From the IMG/VR virus record IMGVR_UViG_3300025015_000009, positions 192,001 to 256,000 of that record: a stretch of DNA of 64,000 nt; one strand, given 5' to 3'. The notes beneath the pieces were generated by a model. The model did not search any database, had not been told where the DNA came from, and was given only the letters and a program-made list of their open reading frames with translations. Both the position numbers and the translations under genes were made by a program. This document shows, piece by piece, positions 22,201 through 31,958 of the stretch. Source of the DNA: a virus (taxonomy: Duplodnaviria > Heunggongvirae > Uroviricota > Caudoviricetes). Position 1 is the stretch's first letter; each line of letters starts with the position of its first letter.

Positions 22201-25200
22201 AACGACTTGCTGACTGCTGGATACGTTAACATCGATGACATTGACATAACTATTTTTGATCTAACTAACTATATTGAGTTAAACAGCAAATTAGCTACGC
22301 TGGGCAGTGGGACTAAGATTTGGATTGCCAAGGACTTTACAAGAAACTGGAATGTATTTAGAGTTAACGAGACTGAGAACCAAGCAATATCAATTAAGTA
22401 CATTGATGACCTAACAGCAACGGTAACCACAGAGTATCCGCATGGGTTAGTGGTAGGTGAGGTTTTTGCGTTTAAAGGGTTAGCAGCTACCGTTGATAGT
22501 TTCTATCGAGTAGAAAAGATTAACTCTATATACGATGTAACTGTGCTATTCTTGATGGACATAGCAGAGCTAAAGAATGCTGGGGTCACCGGAGAAACTG
22601 GTGTTCCGACAGGTGAGGTTGTTGGCCGAGCAATACTATATAGACTATCTAGCTTACGGTACGCATATCTGAGTGATATAACAGATACTACCTTGCTGCA
22701 CAACTGGAAAACAATCGATAAGGTTTGGGTAGATAACGCAGATTCGTCGGGCAACTGGGGAGTGTTAAAGAAGAACGAGCCGTTTGTAACTGTTGACTCA
22801 TTATTGCCAACGAATCATAGCGGGGAAGATAACTTCGGTTCGTGTGTTTGTGCAGATAAAGATGCTAAAGAGTACTACGCAGTTGGGCAACCTGTTACGA
22901 ACAACTTTGCTGGAATTGTGAGCATATACGGAAAAGATATTTTCGGACAAACAGTATTGATGCAGCAACTGTCACCAATTAACCCGGATACACTCGGGTT
23001 TGGATACAGTATTGATATCAGTAAACAGTATGTTGTTATTGGGGCACCAGCAAGCAGCAATAACATTGGCCACGTTTACGTGTTCAGAAAAGACGTGGGG
23101 GCATCTCTGGTGTTCACTCAGCTGCTGACTATATCTGATGCTGATGCAAGATTCGGCACGTCGGTTACTATAAGTAATGATAATCAATGGATATATGTAG
23201 GCGCGCCAGGTATCAACAAGGTATTTTGTTATTCAAGCAGATATATAAAATCTGATGCACATTATATCCAAACAGTCGATTCAGTTGTTAATTATACGCT
23301 TGACGAGGTGTACCACCCAGAGAGTGTAACCTTATACAACTCTGTAAACAACTTAGTTCTTCCTTCTGAATATTCTATAGTAGGAGATCAACTTGTTTTT
23401 CTTAACAACCCGTCTACATCGCAGTTTAGACTAGACTCGGGACCGTATTACGAGTTAAACAGCACATTAACAGAGTCTGTTTCTCCAGGGTCGCAATTTG
23501 GAACCGCAGTAAAGACGACAGATGATGGGTCACAGTTAGTAGTAGGAGCCCCATACTCAACAGAGGTTATAGATGGCACTCAATACACAACTGCTGGGTC
23601 CGCGTATTTGTATTCTAGAACGGTGTCTGAGTTTGTTGCGAATGGAGTAGATAATGCATTTACAGTTCTCACTGGTAACGTAGATAGTGTGCTAGTAGAT
23701 AACGAGCGGTATAATGTAAATTCGCAGTATACTGTTACCGGAAATGTTGTGTCGTTAAATTCAGCCGCAACAGTGAACAGCATAGTTCGTGTTGACCTCA
23801 GGGACATAACTCTTATCAAGAAGTTGTTGCCTTCAGTTACCGCAGTTAACGCAACATTCGGGATGAGCGTTGACATGTCAAACAATGGGTCTGTTATTGT
23901 TGTTGGTGCTCCATACTATACAGAATCTACGTATCATAGCGGAATGGTTACCCGATTTGTTAATATTGGCCTAGAGTATGGAATTGTTACTGCTACTGCT
24001 ACACCTAGTATATCCATTGGGCAGAGCTTGTTTATTAATAATAATGAAGTAATATCAACTGGGATTACTCTTGCGACTTTTGTGACCGATATAAATGACG
24101 CAGCTATCCCTGGGGTAACAGCGTCAACAGCCGATGGGCATTTATCGATAACGGTAACAGGAGTTAGAACAACAGCATCTATCATGCCTGGATACGGTTC
24201 GTTGTTTTCTGACTTTGCATTCGACCTCGTTAAAGAAACTCAACGACTATTACATCCAGGTCGAGATCATGGTAATACACAACAATTTGGAATGTTGGTC
24301 AAATACGACAACACTTCTAGGTCGTTGGCGATCTCCAGCCAGTTTGCGAGCTTAACAACAAAAGCTACAATCGACAGTGGGACAACGTTGTTTGATAACA
24401 GAATGACTGAGTTCTACGATTCTGTGACCCACTCTGGTGTTGTATATACATACGAGTTACTAGTAGACTCTCGGAGAACTAGTACGCATCCTGACAGGTA
24501 TTGTTTTATTCAAGAACTAGTTGATCCTGGGATCAAGCCATACGACAGGTTTGGACATGGTCTATCGTTTGTGAATAACACAGTAATTGTAGGATCGCCA
24601 GGCAGTGACGACCCTGCACCGTTTGACGCCGAGAACGACAATCACTCTATCAGAACCGACATAGGAAAGGTGTACTTCTTTAAGAACGAAAATAACACAC
24701 CTGGGTGGGAGAAGTTTAGATCACAGGCGGTTAAGGTAGACATAAGTTGTATCAACAGAGCGTTTATTTACAGCAAAAAAACAAACGAAATTATTGCTAA
24801 CTTAGATTTCATTGACCCGGTTAAAGGTAAGCTGCTGGGAGTAGTAAACGAGGACATTGACTTTAGAACAACAACCGATCCAGCAAGATACAACGTAGGT
24901 ACTGATGTATCGTTGGCGATTAACTCGTCGTATCGCTGGGGAGCAGAACAAGTAGGCAAAGTTTGGTGGGATTTAAGTAGTGTCCGGTTTGTTGAGTACG
25001 AACAAGGTAGCTTGCTTTATAGGACTGTTAATTGGGGAAGAATGTTCCCAGGTTCAGTTGTTTCAGTGTACGAATGGATAGAATCTGATGTTACTCCAGA
25101 AGAGCACGTTGCCCAGTTACGTCATGGTACGCCAAAGTATCCGAGCAACGAAGGATACGCAGTCAGTCACTATGTTGATAAAACAACAGATTTAATTAAG

Positions 25201-28200
25201 AACAAGTATTACTTCTGGGTAAAGAACAAGGAGACAGTGTCGCCGAGCAAAGCAAAGTCGATAGTTAATGTAACACAGTACTTAACAAATCCGAGAGGTG
25301 CCGGGATTCCGTATGCAGCGTTTGTTGCAAGCAATTCTGTAGCACTATACGGAGTGACTAACTTGTTGGCCGACTCAGATATTATCTTGCACATAGAGTA
25401 CTCGAAGTTTGTGAATTCTGAAAAAATCCCAGTACACTCTGAGTACGAATTTATTCAAGAAGGGAATCCGGATTTTGTATTTCCTGAGAAGTTTGTTAAT
25501 AAAGTGTTTGATAGTCTAATAGGATTTGATCGCCTTGGCCGTCTTGTTCCTGACCCCACTATACTCGAAACTCAGCGATACGGCTTGGGCATTCGACCGA
25601 CACAAACAATTTTTAAAGATCGATTTGCAGCCAGCAAAGTAGTTGTTTCGTTTGTTAATGCCACGTGCTTGTTGTATCCGATCGCAATCCAAACTGATAT
25701 AAGTGCGCTGTACCAAGCAAGCCCGTTGCCAGCAGAAACCGAGTACGACCTGAAGGTAATGAACAACGAAGAACTATCGTACGTTGATCTATTAAAGCAT
25801 CCTGATGGAACACGGATATTAATTGTTGTTGATTCTAACCACGGGAACCAATGGGCAATATCAACGTTAACCGATCATTCTACGCTGTCGTTGCTACGGA
25901 AACAGATATACAATACAACTGATTACTGGTCATTAGTTGACTGGTATGCACCTGGATATGACCCAACAACAAAGTTTACATATACTGTTGAGTCTGAGAA
26001 GAACGTAGATATGTTACAGTTGGTACCCGAGGATGTAATCTTCGTTAAGAACAGTAACAAAGGCGGGTTCTTAATATACAAGATAGATAGCAACTTAACT
26101 AAAACGTTAGTTGGTATCCAAAACGGAACAATTCAACTGTCTAGTGCGTTATACACTGTTGGCGTAACTGGTGTTGGGTTTGATACTAGCTTATGGAGTC
26201 AAGAGAACTACGACCCGAATAATGCGTCTCAGTATAGAATTATACTGGAAACACTTAGAGACAGTATCTTTACTAAGAGCTTACAGAAACACCAGCATGA
26301 AATGTTATTCGAGTTAGTGTACTATGTTATGTATGAACAAAAAGACATAGACTGGTTGTTTAAGTCGAGTTTCGTGTCGGTTGTGCATAAACTTAGAAAA
26401 CTAGACCAGTACCCTAGTTTTACACACGATAACCAAGACTATTATTTGCAGTATATAAACGAAGTTAAACCGTATAGAACTAAAGTCAGAGAGTACCTAG
26501 TTAACTATTCGGGGTTAGATTACTTCCGCAGCGGATTAACTGACTTTGATTTGCCTCCGTACTACGATACAGACGTTGATGTCTTCAGAAGCCCGTCGGG
26601 AGAATTAGTTAAAGATGCTACGTTGCTAACAACTCGACCAGACTTTGCGGCCTGGAATGCAAATCATGCATACAAGGTAGACAGCATTGCTATTGTATCT
26701 ACTGTTCCTGGATTTGAAGTGCCGCCTACAGTGGTAGTGTCTGGTGGCGGCGGATCAGGTTGTACGTGTACTGCCGTTATTAACTTCTACACCGGAGACC
26801 TCATCGAGGTTATAGTTGATAATCCAGGGTCGGGATACACCTCAACTCCGACTGTTACGGTAAACGGTGCAGGTGGATCAGCGGTGTTGTATGCAATTCT
26901 ATCCAATCGGATGGTACGAACAATAAACGAGACCGTTTCGTTTGATAGGTGTTCATACGAATCTACACTGATCGAGTGGAAACCATATAGACCAGCAGCT
27001 GGTGCCGTTCCGGCTGAAGAGCACACATATTATGTAGGTGACAAGGTTTACTATAACAATGTTGTGTATGAGGCACTAGAAACAGTAGTTAATGCTACAA
27101 CCTTTAGTATAAGCAAGTACAAACAAGTTGATGCTGCAACACTAAACATAAATGACAAAATCGTTGCATACTATGAACCAGTTGCTCCGTCGAATCCAAA
27201 ACAACTAGATAAACTGTTAACTGGTATTTCGTACACAGGAGTTGAGGTTACCGGATTGCCGTTCTCTGAGGGCGCCGACACCGGAGTTGATTCGCCGCTA
27301 ACAGATTACAAGGTTACGTATGTTGGTATTGCCCGTGAAGGCGACACCAGAATGATGACAGAGTCAGGCAACATTGTTATGGTTACACCTGCTAGTGTGC
27401 TGTTCGGAAGAAACAGACTAATTGCAGCAACAGGTGAGTTCGTAGTTACTTTTTCTCGTGCTAAGTTGAAAGAAGAGCTGATAGCGGTGCCAAGTTCGTT
27501 TATTGCAACAGGGAACAAAGCAACGTTTGTAATTGGGCGCGAGATTCTAATAGCAAATGGAACTGTTATGTCGCAAGAATCAGACATAATCGGTGTAGCA
27601 GGCGCGACAGCCTCGGTGATTACACACAATGCAAGAGAGCGATATTTAGTTGTTCGGTTACTGACAGGACTCTTACATTCGGGTATTAGCCAACCATTGG
27701 TCGATACGAACAATGTTATTACTGTTGGTACATTGGCCACCACAGTGGAAAGAGTAACAACAAAGGTTGATTCGGTTATATCAAGCAAGTTCACTGATCT
27801 AGTGGATATAGACTTGACATACGAAGGCTCGAACGCTGGCCCTAATTACGTCGTAGGAAGCGAAGTAGTTCAATTAGGCAGCAATGCAGTTGGTGTTGTG
27901 TTCTCGCATAACTCCGTTGACTCTGTGGTTGGGCTGCGAATAAGAACAGGGACATTTGTGTCTGGAGTAGGAAACTACATAACTGACGGAGTCACTACTG
28001 TAGGCACAACCTCTATCACAGTAACTAACAGTGACTATTCTAACTTAGAGTTGGTGCTTGACGACGACATTGTTGTTGACGGTGGGGGATTTATTGACGT
28101 ACATCACAGTCATGCTCCTGAAGAATTACTTCCAGGGCAAACGTTTGATTCATTGGCTATCTCGGTATTCACACGGATACCGGCCGGAACGTTTATGGGG

Positions 28201-29625
28201 TATAGATTGTTTAAAGACCTTAACGGAAACATGTCATTTAAGAGAATATCGGCGTCTAACACAACGTCACTGAGTGCCGATTTACTGGTAACAGATAAGG
28301 TTATACACGTGACTGATGCTTCAAGGTTACCCGAGCCTGACGCGGCTAAAGGTATACCTGGAGAGTTGTACATAGATGGTGAGTTAATTGTGTATTACGA
28401 AAGAGATGTTGTTAATAATACTTTAAGTAGAATTAGACGCCATGTGGGTGGAACAGGGTCACCGTTGATACACGCGGCAAGCACGAAAGTGACTGATTCG
28501 AGTGTACATCAATCTATTCCTGGGGCAATAGGATTAGACGGAACACACAGAATCTGGTTGGAACTGTCCCACGTTGGGACAGACTTAGTAACTGGTGCTG
28601 GACTTGCCGCAGCAAGCACATATTCAGCACAGTTTATTCGTAACGAGTTAGCATATGATCCAGGTGGTTACGTAGTAACTAATACTGCATTTGACCTGAC
28701 AGGAACAGTTGCTGTTCCAGCAAGAGGATACAGGGCAATTTCGACATCCGCATCGTTTGTACTTGACGGCACCTGGAATAACCTACGTAATTTACTAGTA
28801 GCAACAGAGTCGGCCGCATTTGACTTAACTGGAACAGCATTGGCTATTACTGAATTTAGCGATGTTATTGCAACCCCAGGAGACTTTGCTGTTGCCGCAT
28901 CTAATATCGAGTTCAGGTACTTTAACCTGGTATCAGATTCGATGCCAGTTAGTGTTGTTGGAACAAATGTTGGTATAACAACTGTTCGACTTAACACAAC
29001 AGACAGCGGCGTGTACACGTTAATCGGAACTGCTATAGGTGCCACAGAGCAGAGCGATATCATTGCAATATCGAGCGAATTCGCCGTAATTGGCGCCGAC
29101 GTTGTACTACGTCAGTTTAAAGAAGTAACAGTTGGCGGAACATATACCTTGGTTGGAGCAAATGTTGGTACTGTCTTGTATAGAGAAACAACCGAGTCTG
29201 GTAGCATTGCAATTACAGGAACGCAGATTGTTATAGCAGTTGGGCATGTAGAAACTGCCGAAAATGCTGACATGTATGTAATCGGAACAGACGTCGGTTA
29301 CAGCAGACTATACTCAAATACTGCAATTAGTGCTGAGATGATAACAACAGGAACAGATGTTCCTCTACGATACTTTAGTCTAAGAGGTGATCCAGAGGTT
29401 CACAACCTAATAGGAGCAGAAATTGAGTACAGGTACTTTAATACCAACGCACTGACTTCGCCGTTTGTGGTAACCGGGAACAATGCACCGATTAACATAT
29501 TACAAGTAGCAGACTCGGCAAACTATGCAATAAGCGGAAATCTAGTACCGATTAGTAGAACGATGGTAACTGCACCGCTTGAGATTGCAGTTATATTCTC
29601 TTCAGTGTTTTTTATAAATGGGTAA
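16216..29625 (+). CDS. giant virion structural protein (4469 aa; baseplate wedge/receptor-binding) with FG-GAP-like repeats and a C-terminal repeat region
   Basis: Follows gp6 with a late promoter. FG.S......VGAP repeats at about 22800-24700, INEVKPYRTK motif, NPGSGYTSTPTV motif, about 20-aa AFDLTG-like repeats near the C-terminus. Confidence 0.75.
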   Translation: MAFKTIDFLPDIFKSEANKKFLGATLDQVVSQPEFTKVNGYIGRKLAPTYKSSDNYLLEDTKDRANYQLEPGLVISDNNNNIYSFTSYTDLIGKISFYGGIVNDHSRLFSSNYYSYGDIFDLDKLVNFSQYYWMPNGPPIIDIFASGTTLVDTFNITHASNNLYVNNKIGSPNTNIVVARGGNYTFTVDPDVNGKLWIQTNSSPTGIIYNYPNQSSRQVYGITNNGAPYGEITFSVPNVTDQQFYENLADAGVVDYATSVPFVDINNHLLSTFNEKWIGFDGVTTALHGKHLIFVNHNDLYDKNDLWKSYSLYDNGVYEDLTFADEQESVLFSNRGNIWRISLVPINNGADYVIRLTQLDVFEPRTKLSVLNGQQNAGKAFYKDSSGYIAEVPLITAPLSSLYYVYSDNDTLISGKIIIVAPDLTEIDVERDILGQSNYTSPNDVAFSNGMRIRFSSTVIPASYENEIFYVEQVGKGIRLINEKSLFVTESLTDRDVGTVPLDIFSFDADLYDEAYNSAKIPDFITINRSSIDGNSWSRSNRWIHKNVIEQAARFNNESPILDQDFRALRPIIEFDPDILLFNHGREIKGQVDILDLTTVTDAFNSMSGAITFNHFGITLKTGTRIIFAADVDPAVRNKIYTVHLVVDDNLTKIQLIPDADVLLPYHSIVPMQGVNKGKTYWYNGTIWIESQRKTATNQAPRFDILDNQGMSFGNDAVYPGTTFNGNTLFGYAKATTTLRDPVLGFAIKYKNISNIGDLEFTNYFDVGTFDYFTTLVRSDKRTARTSTGNINKITNRATLRNSSMWEIVAEKSKQHQIFTYAYTQYSKFQVDIRPNSLVSHVDLRVYVNSVLLPSALYVFNDTNENMMFVDVNYDFIEGDKIDILIHSREVSSTAYYEVPRNLDLNSKNSAFDSLTLGQLRNHLTTVATVTTGFLGDKLGANNLRDLHYSISGGDILLQQSPVIYSQLFLLDPVLNFVDSVEHAQKEYAKFKYKFLDAALSLQMESIPSPVQAVDMLLTELNIIKNNSFPWYYSDMLPYESSFATTLSYVILNSEITDYEMSAEFDKNKLSNKSVLVYYNGVQLIHERDYIFREGFPILRLLVETQVDDTLQIVEYSNTDGCYVPETPTKLGVFPRFVPEIRLDDTFSVPQRVIIGHDGSVTIAFNDYRDDLLLELEKRIYNNLKVTYNTDFFNIASVVPGKFRTTDYSKTEFDKILSRLFLKWVGNNRIDFSTNSYFTGTDPWSWNHSGNTDKITDEFLPGFWRGIYHYFYDTDTPHITPWEMLGLTVKPDWWETQYGPAPYTGGNLVMWRDLEKGLIVDGPAAGIVPEFARPGLLRVIPVDENGRLKPPSEFIMKSYDPTNFSTNFVFGDRGPVEAAWRRSSDYPFALQIALALAKPAQYMGNCLNISNFTYNARLGQLLTARREVLSPSVIEINGEIVNGVVTRNAGYLNWIVDWTKLLGIDGPLKVRTVLDKVDVRLGYKLAGFTDHRYLEVYAEQSSPTSLRESIVVPNESYKIYLHKSPPVIKATYSAVIVEKSSNGYSVKGYDVMHPYFTILPSIINSRNNKISVINEVGTIYSEFEDREVDFPYGTEFTTKQQVVDFLTSYQRYLQKNGFVFETWNPDLECLKDWTLSVKEFLTWSQQGWNTNDLIVLSPFAEQLTFKSGNYFVDEVKNQNNRSKVLDQNFMPIKAANFSIVRDDDVFTLTAPNQTIAYAELHLVQFEHAIVFDNETLFKDVIYKPESGNRQFRLKLVGSKTSNWTGRLSPGGFIYNDAYVPSWQPSTDYKKGELVEHKSVYYVSPVNIIAQDQFDFTQWQYVDKKTLKSGLLQNFSLHAQKFEEFYDIDTIGLSESVNVFAKGVIGFRPRQYLSDLGLDSTTQLKFYQGFIRDKGTVSSLEAMKSATFNNLANEVTVYEEWALRMGDYGGVDHNQFFEIALDKGKYSTDPVTLELLNDTDTEQSLVIGVKKKHLYKQPTVFNKNFVQTRSRESVLENDLLTAGYVNIDDIDITIFDLTNYIELNSKLATLGSGTKIWIAKDFTRNWNVFRVNETENQAISIKYIDDLTATVTTEYPHGLVVGEVFAFKGLAATVDSFYRVEKINSIYDVTVLFLMDIAELKNAGVTGETGVPTGEVVGRAILYRLSSLRYAYLSDITDTTLLHNWKTIDKVWVDNADSSGNWGVLKKNEPFVTVDSLLPTNHSGEDNFGSCVCADKDAKEYYAVGQPVTNNFAGIVSIYGKDIFGQTVLMQQLSPINPDTLGFGYSIDISKQYVVIGAPASSNNIGHVYVFRKDVGASLVFTQLLTISDADARFGTSVTISNDNQWIYVGAPGINKVFCYSSRYIKSDAHYIQTVDSVVNYTLDEVYHPESVTLYNSVNNLVLPSEYSIVGDQLVFLNNPSTSQFRLDSGPYYELNSTLTESVSPGSQFGTAVKTTDDGSQLVVGAPYSTEVIDGTQYTTAGSAYLYSRTVSEFVANGVDNAFTVLTGNVDSVLVDNERYNVNSQYTVTGNVVSLNSAATVNSIVRVDLRDITLIKKLLPSVTAVNATFGMSVDMSNNGSVIVVGAPYYTESTYHSGMVTRFVNIGLEYGIVTATATPSISIGQSLFINNNEVISTGITLATFVTDINDAAIPGVTASTADGHLSITVTGVRTTASIMPGYGSLFSDFAFDLVKETQRLLHPGRDHGNTQQFGMLVKYDNTSRSLAISSQFASLTTKATIDSGTTLFDNRMTEFYDSVTHSGVVYTYELLVDSRRTSTHPDRYCFIQELVDPGIKPYDRFGHGLSFVNNTVIVGSPGSDDPAPFDAENDNHSIRTDIGKVYFFKNENNTPGWEKFRSQAVKVDISCINRAFIYSKKTNEIIANLDFIDPVKGKLLGVVNEDIDFRTTTDPARYNVGTDVSLAINSSYRWGAEQVGKVWWDLSSVRFVEYEQGSLLYRTVNWGRMFPGSVVSVYEWIESDVTPEEHVAQLRHGTPKYPSNEGYAVSHYVDKTTDLIKNKYYFWVKNKETVSPSKAKSIVNVTQYLTNPRGAGIPYAAFVASNSVALYGVTNLLADSDIILHIEYSKFVNSEKIPVHSEYEFIQEGNPDFVFPEKFVNKVFDSLIGFDRLGRLVPDPTILETQRYGLGIRPTQTIFKDRFAASKVVVSFVNATCLLYPIAIQTDISALYQASPLPAETEYDLKVMNNEELSYVDLLKHPDGTRILIVVDSNHGNQWAISTLTDHSTLSLLRKQIYNTTDYWSLVDWYAPGYDPTTKFTYTVESEKNVDMLQLVPEDVIFVKNSNKGGFLIYKIDSNLTKTLVGIQNGTIQLSSALYTVGVTGVGFDTSLWSQENYDPNNASQYRIILETLRDSIFTKSLQKHQHEMLFELVYYVMYEQKDIDWLFKSSFVSVVHKLRKLDQYPSFTHDNQDYYLQYINEVKPYRTKVREYLVNYSGLDYFRSGLTDFDLPPYYDTDVDVFRSPSGELVKDATLLTTRPDFAAWNANHAYKVDSIAIVSTVPGFEVPPTVVVSGGGGSGCTCTAVINFYTGDLIEVIVDNPGSGYTSTPTVTVNGAGGSAVLYAILSNRMVRTINETVSFDRCSYESTLIEWKPYRPAAGAVPAEEHTYYVGDKVYYNNVVYEALETVVNATTFSISKYKQVDAATLNINDKIVAYYEPVAPSNPKQLDKLLTGISYTGVEVTGLPFSEGADTGVDSPLTDYKVTYVGIAREGDTRMMTESGNIVMVTPASVLFGRNRLIAATGEFVVTFSRAKLKEELIAVPSSFIATGNKATFVIGREILIANGTVMSQESDIIGVAGATASVITHNARERYLVVRLLTGLLHSGISQPLVDTNNVITVGTLATTVERVTTKVDSVISSKFTDLVDIDLTYEGSNAGPNYVVGSEVVQLGSNAVGVVFSHNSVDSVVGLRIRTGTFVSGVGNYITDGVTTVGTTSITVTNSDYSNLELVLDDDIVVDGGGFIDVHHSHAPEELLPGQTFDSLAISVFTRIPAGTFMGYRLFKDLNGNMSFKRISASNTTSLSADLLVTDKVIHVTDASRLPEPDAAKGIPGELYIDGELIVYYERDVVNNTLSRIRRHVGGTGSPLIHAASTKVTDSSVHQSIPGAIGLDGTHRIWLELSHVGTDLVTGAGLAAASTYSAQFIRNELAYDPGGYVVTNTAFDLTGTVAVPARGYRAISTSASFVLDGTWNNLRNLLVATESAAFDLTGTALAITEFSDVIATPGDFAVAASNIEFRYFNLVSDSMPVSVVGTNVGITTVRLNTTDSGVYTLIGTAIGATEQSDIIAISSEFAVIGADVVLRQFKEVTVGGTYTLVGANVGTVLYRETTESGSIAITGTQIVIAVGHVETAENADMYVIGTDVGYSRLYSNTAISAEMITTGTDVPLRYFSLRGDPEVHNLIGAEIEYRYFNTNALTSPFVVTGNNAPINILQVADSANYAISGNLVPISRTMVTAPLEIAVIFSSVFFING

Positions 29626-29667
29626 CAGCGTAAAAATATGAACAATACTGAAGTGATAAATAATACT

Positions 29668-29802
29668 ATGAACAAAGAGTTACCACAACCGGCGGAACAG
29701 CCGCCCAAGAAACCGAATGAAGATTCGGGGTTCTATATTCATGCAATGGTTAAAATATCTGATCCCGAATCAGGTGAAGTGTTTATCGAGAAGAGGGCGT
29801 AA
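29668..29802 (+). CDS. 44-aa small protein (not in ORF track)
   Basis: MNKELPQPAEQPPKKPNEDSGFYIHAMVKISDPESGEVFIEKRA*, directly after the late promoter at 29657; fills the gap before the next gene. Confidence 0.7.
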   Translation: MNKELPQPAEQPPKKPNEDSGFYIHAMVKISDPESGEVFIEKRA

Positions 29803-29805
29803 TTA

Positions 29806-30417
29806 ATGCAAGCAACTGCTAATTTGAACATCGAAGGTTTCTTAAAGATATTTGATCCAGTTACAAAAGAGATATTAGTAGACAAAAGAAATGCGATTCA
29901 CTACGAAAATATAAGTGAAGCAATGGCGTATTCTCTGGGACACAAAGATACCCAGTACATAACAGAGTTACACCTGGGCAACGGTGGTACAAGCGTCGAC
30001 CCAACAGGAGTGATTACATACTTGCCTACAAACACAAACAGTCAAAACTCTGACCTGTATAACCCAACGTATTACAAAATTGTTGACAATACGAATGTTG
30101 CTAACACTGATGCATTGCGTAATAAAGTTGAAGTTCGCCATATTCCAGGTGAACTGTTCACGGATATCTTAATTACGTGTTTGCTTGATTACGGTGAACC
30201 CCGAGATCAAGCAGCATTTGACAATAGCCAGAATTTAGATAGTTCGTATGTGTTTGACGAGCTAGGAATCAAAGGATGGTCTCCGTTAGGAGAAGGCAAA
30301 GGAAAGCTATTAACTCATGTAGTATTCCACCCGTTCCAGAAGGCGTTAAATCGTCTAATAGAAATTGAGTACACAATTCGAATACAGTCTGTAACGAATC
30401 TGACCAGTCGACTTTAA
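29806..30417 (+). CDS. virion structural protein (baseplate/tail-fibre attachment)
   Basis: Structural operon context; FDELGI..LLTHVVFHPFQKALNRLIEIEYTIRIQ C-terminus. Confidence 0.6.
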   Translation: MQATANLNIEGFLKIFDPVTKEILVDKRNAIHYENISEAMAYSLGHKDTQYITELHLGNGGTSVDPTGVITYLPTNTNSQNSDLYNPTYYKIVDNTNVANTDALRNKVEVRHIPGELFTDILITCLLDYGEPRDQAAFDNSQNLDSSYVFDELGIKGWSPLGEGKGKLLTHVVFHPFQKALNRLIEIEYTIRIQSVTNLTSRL

Positions 30418-30457
30418 TAAGCGATTGGATAAATAATATAAATTGGAGTTATAAACG

Positions 30458-31948
30458 ATGGCATACAACATTAATCTGACAAACGGAGCAACACTTGTTA
30501 CGTTAGCAGACGGGACAACAGACACGACTTACTCGAGCTTAACACTCATCGGTAAGAACTTCGCTGGTTACGGTGAGTTCTTAAACGAAAACTTCGTTAA
30601 GCTTCTTGAAAATTTCGCTCATAGCACAGCACCGTCGAATCCGATGGCAGGCCAACTGTGGTGGGATAGTTCAACTGGCGTAAAAACAATGAAGGTTTAC
30701 ACCGGATCTGTGTGGAAGTCAGTTGGCGGGTCAACTGCTTCGTCAGCAGCTCCAACAACACCGTTGCTAGGTGATACCTGGTGGGACACTGTATCCGGGC
30801 AACTTAAGGTATGGGATGGTTCAGCCTGGGTTATTGTTGGCCCAGCATTTACTGCGGCCCAAGGACAATCTGGTGCAATTGCAGAGGCAATTGTTGACAA
30901 TAATAACAACAGCCATGTTATCGTTAAGTTCTATGTATCAAACGTTGTAGTAGCGGTACTAAGTAAAGATGCTGCATTTACGTTAGGCGGCTCGACTTTA
31001 TCTGGCTTTACTACTATTAACCCTGGCTTCACTTTATCAGCAAATAGCAATTACTTATACAATGGAGATTCATACAACTCACTACGATTAGGTGGTGTGC
31101 TTGCATCAGAGTACATGCGACTTACTGTTGCGAGTACGTTAACCCAAAAGTTAACAGTTAATACAGACGACGGAATTTCAATTGGTAATCCGAGTAACGT
31201 CGATATTAATATTGTTGCTGGTGATTTGATCATCAAGAATAGAGCAGCAAACAAGAACATTGTACTCAGTGTAATGAGCCAAGGTGTTCAAACTGAAGTC
31301 TTTAAGATAGACGGGACAACAGGAAAGGCACTTGTGTATTCTGACCCATCTACAAACTTTGGAATTGCAACTAAGCAGTATGTAGATAATTCGATCAGTG
31401 GCCCAAGCGCACTTGCATTAGCACGTGGCGGGTCAAATACAATAACAGGTGTTATTTTACCAGACGGAAATAATACCCGGAACTTTGGATCATCAGCAGC
31501 GAGGTATGCAACAGTTTACGCAACGACATTCAACGGAGTGTCGACCTCAGCACAATACGCGGACTTGGCTGAACGTTTTGCCGCTGACAAAGAATATTCT
31601 CCAGGTACAGTTGTTGAACTAGGTGGAGCAGAAGAAATCACCGCCGTCAATGATGCACTCAGTGAAAGAGTGTTTGGTGTTATTAGTACAAAAGCTGCAT
31701 ATCTAATGAATGCAGGTGCTGGTTCTGATCGTACTCATCCAGCGGTTGCAGTACAAGGTCGTGTGCCAGTAAATGTAGTTGGTAAAGTAACAAAAGGTGA
31801 CAGACTGGTAAGTGCCGGGAATGGATTAGCGAAGGCCGCGTGTTCAGCTGCTGACATCACACCGTTTAACGTAATTGGGCGAGCACTAGAAGATAAAACA
31901 ACCAATGGTGAAGGCACAGTAGAAGCAGTTGTACGGTTAAATTCATAA
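30458..31948 (+). CDS. tail fibre protein with C-terminal intramolecular chaperone
   Basis: LLENFA..AP.NP..GQLWWD and P..GDTWWD repeats, IATKQYVD, and a YADLAERF..GVIST..QGRVPVNV autocleavage-chaperone pattern. Confidence 0.75.
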   Translation: MAYNINLTNGATLVTLADGTTDTTYSSLTLIGKNFAGYGEFLNENFVKLLENFAHSTAPSNPMAGQLWWDSSTGVKTMKVYTGSVWKSVGGSTASSAAPTTPLLGDTWWDTVSGQLKVWDGSAWVIVGPAFTAAQGQSGAIAEAIVDNNNNSHVIVKFYVSNVVVAVLSKDAAFTLGGSTLSGFTTINPGFTLSANSNYLYNGDSYNSLRLGGVLASEYMRLTVASTLTQKLTVNTDDGISIGNPSNVDINIVAGDLIIKNRAANKNIVLSVMSQGVQTEVFKIDGTTGKALVYSDPSTNFGIATKQYVDNSISGPSALALARGGSNTITGVILPDGNNTRNFGSSAARYATVYATTFNGVSTSAQYADLAERFAADKEYSPGTVVELGGAEEITAVNDALSERVFGVISTKAAYLMNAGAGSDRTHPAVAVQGRVPVNVVGKVTKGDRLVSAGNGLAKAACSAADITPFNVIGRALEDKTTNGEGTVEAVVRLNS

Positions 31949-31958
31949 GGTTTAAGTA

